Shown here in pieces: positions 49,946 through 57,051 of a DNA stretch of 57,051 nucleotides; the stretch's first letter is position 1; every line of letters begins with the position of its first letter. Origin of the DNA: an uncultured virus (IMG/VR IMGVR_UViG_3300031566_000004) (taxonomy: Duplodnaviria; Heunggongvirae; Uroviricota; Caudoviricetes); the IMG/VR virus record IMGVR_UViG_3300031566_000004. One strand, written 5' to 3'. A program made the translations under genes and the position numbers. The notes below the pieces were generated by a model. That model was not told where the DNA came from. It was given only the letters and a program-made list of their open reading frames with translations, and did not search any database.

Positions 49946-52900
49946 TGAGTTGTACTTTAGTTAGAGATAATCAGGGTAATTTAACAGGTGTTAATGCTAA
50001 AAACGGGGAACCTAGTTTATTATTTGAAAAATTTAAAAGTTTAGGGGTATCTAATGATGAAGCTTTTGCATTTTATGCACAAGTTCATACTAATTCTTTT
50101 AAGTCATGGTACGGGGACTGGGATAATCAACCAGGGTTAGCATCTAAGTATCTAGATGTTAATGGTGAGCCTATTTTATTTTTTCATGGTACAAACGGTA
50201 CTTTTGATAAATTCGATCCTTCTAAAAAAAGATACAATGCTCATGACATAGAAAACGGTATGTTTTTTTCACAAGAATATAGTCATGCTAAAAAATATGG
50301 GGTTAATGTTATTCCTGTATTTTTAAAAGCTCAGACTATTGATAGAACAGAACCTACTCCTGAGATGTTGGCTAAACCTTCACAGTTAAGTGCGTTACGT
50401 AAATATGAGAGTAATATTATAAATACAACTAAGGCTGATTCAGTTGAGCTCCATACTAATGATAAGGAAGGTATCGGTATAAAGCAGAATGTTATATTTA
50501 ATCCTAATAACATATTAATAGTTAGTAAATCTTCAGAAACTACGTCAAAAAAAAGCCCACTAAAGCAACAAGTTGAATCTTCTGACCCTTTAGTGGATGC
50601 TGATAGAATAATTAGTGAAATAGAATCTATTAGTACAATGGAGTCTATATCTAATTCTTTTGAAGTAGAATCTCAAAATTCTTTAGAAATAGTTAGAGCT
50701 GTTGCTGATAGATTATCAGAAAAACTAGGGGTACCTTATTCTGTAGTTAGTGCGACGCAAGCTTATCAAATTACTAAAAATGCTAAAAATCCATACAATG
50801 GTCAACCAGCTTTTTATTATAATGGTGTTGTTCACTTTGTAGAAGGACAGATGAATATGTCTACAGTATTTCACGAATTCTCTCATCCTTTTGTAACAGC
50901 TCTTAGAAATGAAAACAAACCTCTTTATGATAAACTAATTGCAGAGTTAGCTTCTACTGAAAAAGGGGCTCGTTTATTAAAAGAATCTGCTGAAGAATAT
51001 AATAGTGATATTAATGACCCAGCTGTAACAGATGAAGCTTTAGTCAAATCTTTAGAAGAATCTTTATTAGATAATAATACTCCTGAATTTACTTCTTTAA
51101 TTAAGAAGATAATTTATAATATTAGACAAATGCTTAGAAGAGTATTTGGTAAAAATGTTACAGTTTCTAAATTAGGTTTAAATACATCAGTAAAAGATTT
51201 AGCTAAAATATTAAAATCTAAATATGTTAGAATAGAGCCTATAGAAATAACTAAAGCTGACTATGTTGCATATAAGCGTATGTCCATAGATGAATCTAAT
51301 AAATTAGCTGAAGACTTAGCTAAAAACTTAGATAATTCTGATGTTTTACAAATGCTTGATGCTTTTTATACACATACTTCTTCTCAATTAAGAGAGTTAA
51401 AGAAGAATAAAGACATAAAAGGTCTTAATGAGCTTTTAGCTACTGTATACGGTGATAATCCATTACAGAAAATGGCTAGTGTGTTAGGTAAATACGAAAC
51501 TATTACTCATAATAATTATGATGAAATACGTAGTAAAGTTGAGTCAACAGAAGCGTTAACTCATGAAAGAACTAAAGCTATAGTAAGTAGTTTAGAGGAA
51601 ACTAAAACTATGTTAGAAGCTATGGTTCCTAGACTCTTTGATTTAACAAAACAAGCTACAATTGAGTTATCCGACTTACAATTAGCAATGGCTACTTATC
51701 AAACTATTAAGTCTTATGAAACTTTTGTAACAAGCGTCAACGAAATACTCACAGAACAAGGCTTCCCTAATAATTCAGGTATAATGGATTTATTAGGTGT
51801 TATACAAGGTAAATTAAAATCAGTAGACTCTCACATAAAAAAAATACAACAAAAAGGTGTTAGCTCTGTTATAATAGATCAATCTAAAAGCTTAAGAGAT
51901 GAATTAATCAATGATAGAAAAGAACGTATAAAAGAACTTAAAAATGAAAGCGCTAATTCAAAAGTAAATAGAGATAGTGAGATTAAAAAATTAGAGAATG
52001 AAATAAAAACTATTGAAAATCACGCTAAAAAGATTGCTGATATTTTAGCTAATAAGTCTAAAGACTCAAACATGCTTTCTTGGTTAACATCTCCTATGAA
52101 TTCACAGGACCCATTAATATCAGGTTACGCAAAATTAATTAAACTATCTAAAAGTGATGCAGCTCTTAAAACGCAAAGAGAGCAAAATCAAATTTTAGAA
52201 GAACTTGCTCCATTATTAGAAAAAGTAAGAACTAATAGACATTTTGATAGAGTAGATCAAATAGGTCAAGCTATAACTTATGAAGCTACAAAATTATTTA
52301 GAAACGAAGCTGGTGAGTTAGAAGAAAGAAAAGTATATGCTTTTTTAGATAAATATAAAGATCATAAAACAGGTTTAGAAAAGCTTAAGTATGAAGCTTT
52401 CCAAGCTAGAACTAAATGGCAAGAAACTAATGAAGAAAGTGCTTATAGAGAATATTTAGATGCAAGAGCTGCTTTAGAGCAACATAAATTAAACTTTTTC
52501 CAACAACCATATGTTAAAGAGTTTTATGCACCTAAGAAAGTTTTATTAGAAACTACTGAAACTATTGATGGTGTAATATATAATATTGGTAAAGATGCTT
52601 TTATTAAAAGATCTGAAATACTTGAGAAAATTCAAGAGTATACTGACAGAAGTGAGAAAGAAGAAGATCCTAGTGAAAAACAAAAAGAACTAGATCTTAT
52701 TAATGTTTTATGGAAAGAATATAGAAGATTATATTCTACAGTAGACGAGTATGGTAATAAAAAAACAGGTGTAGCACTAGCAGAAGCTAAGGCTCTTATT
52801 AAATATAGAAATTCTAATAATGTTTTTTATAAGTATACTGAAAAAGAAGGAGCTTTTCAAACAGCTCTTCAGGAATATGAAAAGTTTTTAGAGACTTCTT

Positions 52901-55900
52901 ATGATCTCTCAACAGATGAAGGGAAAGAGGAATACGCTAGATTAAGAGAACATTGGATATCTAAAAATACTAGAAAATCACCTAATGATCAATATTTTGA
53001 AGATTTAAATAGAGAATATAACGAATTATCTAAACTTTTTGAACAAGCTGGTATAAAGGATCCTAAAAATCTAGAAGAACTAAGAGAAATTATTCAAGGT
53101 ATAAAAACTTCTAATAAAGATAAAAACGGTGAAGTTAAGGCTTCTGAGATGAATGATACTTTAATTACTAAAGTTAAAGACGTTGATCAAAAAATATTAG
53201 ATCTTAGAGACAATATTCCAGGTATATCAGGATTAACACCTGCTGAATCTAGAGAGTATTCAATATTAAATTCATATGAGGAGGAAGATCTAACTGAAGA
53301 AAATATTTCAAGATTAGAAGAACTTAACACTAAAAAAGAAGACAATCCAGTTCCTTTAAGTATAAGGAAAGCAATAGGTAAAGTATTTAAAAATATATCT
53401 AATATTACAACAAGAGAAGCATCTACTGATTATATAGATATTATGAATACTTGGATTCACGATATAGATAATGGTGAACACTTAAAATCTACTTTAAAAA
53501 CAGCTAGTTTATCTAAAGCTAATGCTGACAAATTTCTTAGTGAGAATATATATAGATATTACATAAATCAAAGTGAGGAGTTTAAAGAATTTTTTGAAAG
53601 ATCTCATATTAGTAAAAAAATAGTAAAAGATGAGGAAATAGAAGGAATTTCTTATAAAAATGAGGTTACAGCTTATTTAAGAACTTCTATATGGAGTAAT
53701 AACGTACCTAATAATTCTAAATATTTAAGTAATATTAAAATACTTGATGAATCAGGTAATACAATAGAGACTATTCCTGGCCAACCTATATTTGAATTCT
53801 TTACTAGGGAAGTTAAAGAAAATTATAAAAATAAACGTATAGTAGGTGAAACAGTAGATGTGTGGGGTAATTGGCTACCTAAAGCTGCTGAAGACATGGA
53901 TACGTCTTTAGAAGGTTGGGATAGGTACATCAACAAAGATTACGAAAAAATGAAACAAAGTGATCCTGACATGTTTAGGATTCTTGAAATTTTACGTAAA
54001 GCTCATTATAAAGCACAAGAAGGCTTAGAAGATTCTGCTAAATTAGGTAATGAAATAGCTAGATTTAGAAAAGATAAAACTGAGACTTTACAGACAAAAG
54101 ATTTTACTAAAAATGAATTAGAAAACTTAAAGCTTAAGCTTAAGACTGTAGGTAAGCAGTTTACAGCGATGTTTAAAGCTCAAAAAGATGATATTGAAGA
54201 AGCAGGTTTAAACTTAGATGATATTGACCCTAATGATTTAAGCGATGTAGAAGATGTTGGCATGTTTTTAAATTTAGCAGAACAAATGAACCCATCTAGA
54301 TCATTAGTAATTAAAGGTACATTTAATATAGGTTTAGACATCACATCTTTAGATGTTATACAGTCTACTCTAAAATATATGAATTCTGCTAATGAGCAAA
54401 AAGAACTTATTAAGATCAACCCTGTTGCGCAATCTTTAGTAAGTCTTGTAGATGAACTTAACGCTAAAGAATCTTCAGAAATTAGCGGTAAAAAATCTAA
54501 AAGAGCTTGGGGATTATTCAATAAAAAAGGTGAGACTACAAGAGCTAAAGTGATTAAAGCTTTAACAGAAAGAGAATTTTATGGGCAAAATGTTGCAGGA
54601 TGGGGCGCTAATAACCCTGGGTTAATTAAGGCGCTTAATACTATGATATCTGAAACATCTAGATCTTACTTAGGTCTTAATTTTCCATCAGATATTAAAA
54701 ACAGATTTTCTCAAACATATCATAATTTTATTAATGGTATAGCCGGTGTAGACGTAAGCCCTACTGCTATGATTAAAGGTAAAGCTTTTGGTTGGCAGTT
54801 AATGACTGAAATAAGTAAACAAAGATACAAAGTTGGTGCTAAAAGTTATAATTTTCAATTATTAGAAGTATTTGATTTTATGGAAGATAGATTTTCATCT
54901 AAATTAGGTGAATACGCTACTTCTTCCGCTACAAGGGACGTTATTAACTTAACGTGGATGACTTCATTTAGAAAATTAATGGAACAAGAAGGTGCTTTTG
55001 AATTATTTGGAGCTTTACTTATTAATCAGAAAGTAGAGCAAACTCAAGAAGACGGTAGTATTAGTAAAATAGAACTTAAGGACGCTTATGAAATTAAAGA
55101 TGGTCAAATACAATTAAAAGATAATATAGTTGATAAAGAATGGGCTATAGGAGGTAGAAAATTTAATGAATATAAAATTAAAATGCAGACTATATTGGAA
55201 GGTACTGCAGGTACTTATTCTAAATTTTCACAACCACTTGTTGATAGAAACTTAGGATGGAAAGCATTTATATCATTAAGAAAATTTGCTTATTCCATGT
55301 ATAGAAGAAGGCTTAATGGTGCAAGTGTAGATCCTGAAATATCTAATTATTGGAAAGCTTTAGGATCTACAGCAGTTACTGGAGAAAGAAAAGCAGGTGG
55401 TACGTTTGATTTAGCTTACGGCGATATGCACACAGGGTACTATGCAGAAGCTTTAGTAGGCCTTGCTGTATTGTATAATGGTTTAAGAAATGGTCAAGTA
55501 AATAGTTTAACTAAAGAAGAGAAATCAGCACTTAAAGCTGTAACTGCAGAATTAGCTGTTATAGGATTGCTTACAGCATCTATGTTCTTATTAGGTTATG
55601 ACGATGATGATAAAGATAGATTTAAGAAAGTGAGAAATTTATCAGGACCATTACCTCTACCTTGGGTATCTGATGATCCTAATAGACCATCATTCAATAT
55701 GGGAGGCTGGATGCATGCTCACGTAATTTATCAATTAATGCTTGTTAAAAGTGAGAATGAAGCTTTCTCACCTTCTCTTTCTGGTATAAGTCAAATGCTT
55801 AGCTTTAAAGATAACACTTCTGTTATATTTGGACCAACTGTAGATAAGTTATTTACGCTTACTCAGGATTTAGTTAGATGGGGTATTGGTGACGAAAGAG

Positions 55901-56055
55901 CATATTATAAGAAAGATATAGGACCTTTTGCTTGGCAGAAAGCAGAAAGTTTTAAGTTTTATAATCATTTATTACAATCATTTTACTTTAGAGGTAAGGC
56001 TGTTGATCCAGGTAAGGGTATTAGAGATCAGGCTACTTTTGATAATCTGAGATAA
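49945..56055 (+). CDS. Large cargo/ejection polyvalent protein with N-terminal ADP-ribosyltransferase-like and zincin-like domains
   Basis: 2036 aa; FKSWYGDW...NGEPILFFHGT...FD...GMFFS...PVFL...VIFNPNNI; FHEFSHP; hydrophobic helices near the C-terminus. Confidence 0.7.
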   Translation: MSCTLVRDNQGNLTGVNAKNGEPSLLFEKFKSLGVSNDEAFAFYAQVHTNSFKSWYGDWDNQPGLASKYLDVNGEPILFFHGTNGTFDKFDPSKKRYNAHDIENGMFFSQEYSHAKKYGVNVIPVFLKAQTIDRTEPTPEMLAKPSQLSALRKYESNIINTTKADSVELHTNDKEGIGIKQNVIFNPNNILIVSKSSETTSKKSPLKQQVESSDPLVDADRIISEIESISTMESISNSFEVESQNSLEIVRAVADRLSEKLGVPYSVVSATQAYQITKNAKNPYNGQPAFYYNGVVHFVEGQMNMSTVFHEFSHPFVTALRNENKPLYDKLIAELASTEKGARLLKESAEEYNSDINDPAVTDEALVKSLEESLLDNNTPEFTSLIKKIIYNIRQMLRRVFGKNVTVSKLGLNTSVKDLAKILKSKYVRIEPIEITKADYVAYKRMSIDESNKLAEDLAKNLDNSDVLQMLDAFYTHTSSQLRELKKNKDIKGLNELLATVYGDNPLQKMASVLGKYETITHNNYDEIRSKVESTEALTHERTKAIVSSLEETKTMLEAMVPRLFDLTKQATIELSDLQLAMATYQTIKSYETFVTSVNEILTEQGFPNNSGIMDLLGVIQGKLKSVDSHIKKIQQKGVSSVIIDQSKSLRDELINDRKERIKELKNESANSKVNRDSEIKKLENEIKTIENHAKKIADILANKSKDSNMLSWLTSPMNSQDPLISGYAKLIKLSKSDAALKTQREQNQILEELAPLLEKVRTNRHFDRVDQIGQAITYEATKLFRNEAGELEERKVYAFLDKYKDHKTGLEKLKYEAFQARTKWQETNEESAYREYLDARAALEQHKLNFFQQPYVKEFYAPKKVLLETTETIDGVIYNIGKDAFIKRSEILEKIQEYTDRSEKEEDPSEKQKELDLINVLWKEYRRLYSTVDEYGNKKTGVALAEAKALIKYRNSNNVFYKYTEKEGAFQTALQEYEKFLETSYDLSTDEGKEEYARLREHWISKNTRKSPNDQYFEDLNREYNELSKLFEQAGIKDPKNLEELREIIQGIKTSNKDKNGEVKASEMNDTLITKVKDVDQKILDLRDNIPGISGLTPAESREYSILNSYEEEDLTEENISRLEELNTKKEDNPVPLSIRKAIGKVFKNISNITTREASTDYIDIMNTWIHDIDNGEHLKSTLKTASLSKANADKFLSENIYRYYINQSEEFKEFFERSHISKKIVKDEEIEGISYKNEVTAYLRTSIWSNNVPNNSKYLSNIKILDESGNTIETIPGQPIFEFFTREVKENYKNKRIVGETVDVWGNWLPKAAEDMDTSLEGWDRYINKDYEKMKQSDPDMFRILEILRKAHYKAQEGLEDSAKLGNEIARFRKDKTETLQTKDFTKNELENLKLKLKTVGKQFTAMFKAQKDDIEEAGLNLDDIDPNDLSDVEDVGMFLNLAEQMNPSRSLVIKGTFNIGLDITSLDVIQSTLKYMNSANEQKELIKINPVAQSLVSLVDELNAKESSEISGKKSKRAWGLFNKKGETTRAKVIKALTEREFYGQNVAGWGANNPGLIKALNTMISETSRSYLGLNFPSDIKNRFSQTYHNFINGIAGVDVSPTAMIKGKAFGWQLMTEISKQRYKVGAKSYNFQLLEVFDFMEDRFSSKLGEYATSSATRDVINLTWMTSFRKLMEQEGAFELFGALLINQKVEQTQEDGSISKIELKDAYEIKDGQIQLKDNIVDKEWAIGGRKFNEYKIKMQTILEGTAGTYSKFSQPLVDRNLGWKAFISLRKFAYSMYRRRLNGASVDPEISNYWKALGSTAVTGERKAGGTFDLAYGDMHTGYYAEALVGLAVLYNGLRNGQVNSLTKEEKSALKAVTAELAVIGLLTASMFLLGYDDDDKDRFKKVRNLSGPLPLPWVSDDPNRPSFNMGGWMHAHVIYQLMLVKSENEAFSPSLSGISQMLSFKDNTSVIFGPTVDKLFTLTQDLVRWGIGDERAYYKKDIGPFAWQKAESFKFYNHLLQSFYFRGKAVDPGKGIRDQATFDNLR

Positions 56056-56068
56056 TTAGCAACTACGT

Positions 56069-56111
56069 AAAAAAAAGGGGGGAATACTAACACTAGTACA
56101 CCCCCTTTTTT
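56069..56111. terminator. Bidirectional intrinsic terminator between convergent modules
   Basis: A8-G6...TACTA/ACAC/TAGTA...C5-T6, between converging + and - strand genes. Confidence 0.85.
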
Positions 56112-56120
56112 ATTTATTAT

Positions 56121-56318
56121 TTAACGCTTTAATGTTTCAAGTTCTTTAATTGCCCTTTTTAAATATAAGGCTTTATCGAGAGATTCCTCATATGCATGAT
56201 TTAACCAGTCTTTTAAAGACAAGTCTTCTCTATCTAAAGTAACTCCGTATTTTTTAATACCTACTTCAGATCTTTGTTTTAAGTCTTCTCTAACAGACTC
56301 TACTATACTATCTTCCAT
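56121..56318 (-). CDS. Small conserved phage protein (GxxKYG...WLxHAxEExLDxxLY)
   Basis: 65 aa; acidic EExxD helix suggests an all-alpha NTP-pyrophosphatase-like fold. Confidence 0.55.
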   Translation of the reverse strand: MEDSIVESVREDLKQRSEVGIKKYGVTLDREDLSLKDWLNHAYEESLDKALYLKRAIKELETLKR

Positions 56319-56694
56319 TAATTATACTACTAATATTTGGTTTAAAATAATTATCACCTTTCAACACTTTACCGTCCTCTCTATAAATAGGTTTTCCGTT
56401 TTCATCTAACTTACTCATATTTGATCGGTGTATTTCATCAAAAACTTCAATAACTTTGTCTTGCATGCCGTGTGCTAGTATTGTACCAGCTAACACGTAA
56501 AGCATATCACCAAGAGCGTCAGCTACTTCTATCATATTGCGATCAGCGCAAGCATGAAGATATTCTTGATTTTCTTCAGCCATAAGTTTAAACCTTAATT
56601 CACATGTGTCAAATCTAGGAATAGTGATTTCACTAGATGATTTGTGATTAGTAGCATCACTAAACTCTTTAACTTTATTTAGTATTTCTATCAT
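56308..56694 (-). CDS. MazG-like nucleoside triphosphate pyrophosphohydrolase (DR2231-type)
   Basis: EExxE...EVADALGD, HRSNMSK, REDGKVLKG motifs. Confidence 0.85.
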   Translation of the reverse strand: MIEILNKVKEFSDATNHKSSSEITIPRFDTCELRFKLMAEENQEYLHACADRNMIEVADALGDMLYVLAGTILAHGMQDKVIEVFDEIHRSNMSKLDENGKPIYREDGKVLKGDNYFKPNISSIINGR

Positions 56695-56845
56695 TTTGGT
56701 ATTTCTCGATTAACTTTCTACGTTTATTAATAAATGCCTTAACAGCTGCACCGAAGTTAGCATCATTAGGCATTGTTTTTTCTAAAAATTCTATAGTATC
56801 TACATACTTATTTTTAGATATTTCTTCTTCAATTTGTTCATTCAT
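56675..56845 (-). CDS. Small hypothetical protein (56 aa, not in ORF track)
   Basis: MNEQIEEEISKNKYVDTIEFLEKTMPNDANFGAAVKAFINKRRK...; packed tightly between neighbouring minus-strand ORFs. Confidence 0.55.
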   Translation of the reverse strand: MNEQIEEEISKNKYVDTIEFLEKTMPNDANFGAAVKAFINKRRKLIEKYQNDRNTK

Positions 56846-56847
56846 AA

Positions 56848-57051
56848 TTAAAGTATTTCATAATTAGTTTCTCCATAAATACTGAAGGCCATTCCATTTA
56901 ATAAAGTTTGACCCACTCTTCTATCATCAGCATGTATAGCATGAATTAATTCTAAAGTGTTCTTATCAGCTAATAATCTTTGGTATGGTCTGTCTAATTT
57001 AATAGTAGACAAACTGCTTTTATTAAGTATACAAGCACTTTTTACATCATA
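56848..57051 (-). CDS. Hypothetical protein, C-terminal fragment (starts beyond the window)
   Basis: Open frame YDVKSACILNK...GETNYEIL*, ending 2 nt before the next ATG. Confidence 0.5.
   Translation of the reverse strand, partial: YDVKSACILNKSSLSTIKLDRPYQRLLADKNTLELIHAIHADDRRVGQTLLNGMAFSIYGETNYEIL

Noticed and set aside
1099..54521. Numerous short minus-strand and out-of-frame ORFs in the track
   Set aside because: All lie within long + strand genes and look like antisense shadows with no recognisable motifs.
1..57051. Stop-codon reassignment (TAG/TGA), known in some crAss-like phages
   Set aside because: ORFs of up to 4041 aa are open in the standard code, coding density is near complete, and TAG ends genes at 6870 and 14369.

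Overview
This AT-rich window is most of the virion/late module of a crAss-like bacteriophage (Crassvirales-type, probably infecting Bacteroidota). On the + strand it carries, in order: the C-terminal part of the portal, an acidic scaffold-like protein, the major capsid protein, further head/ring proteins, a ferritin-like gene and a block of very Cys-rich tail/fibre proteins. Then come a 3'-5' exonuclease gene with its own signals, an IHF/HU-like protein, two ring (tail tubular) proteins, a muzzle/tail-stabilisation protein and six large cargo/ejection proteins. One of these is a 4041-aa virion RNA polymerase (GSDFDVDK motif). A bidirectional terminator at about 56.07-56.11 kb separates this module from convergent small minus-strand genes, including a MazG-like pyrophosphatase. 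The standard genetic code is sufficient. The most unusual signals are: (i) DNA-level KPTQQ(T/S)NE repeats that bracket cassette-like inserts in two different ejection genes; (ii) a cargo protein punctuated by about a dozen (Y/F/M)xxGG motifs that delimit domains; (iii) C-terminal NNCK(K) / N-terminal M(I/S)C cysteine pairs at TAATG-coupled junctions of the three largest proteins; (iv) a Cys-rich tail block with shared terminal modules and a metallothionein-like peptide; (v) candidate structured RNAs and a repeated operator/promoter motif. All family assignments come from motif recognition and synteny, not from database searches.
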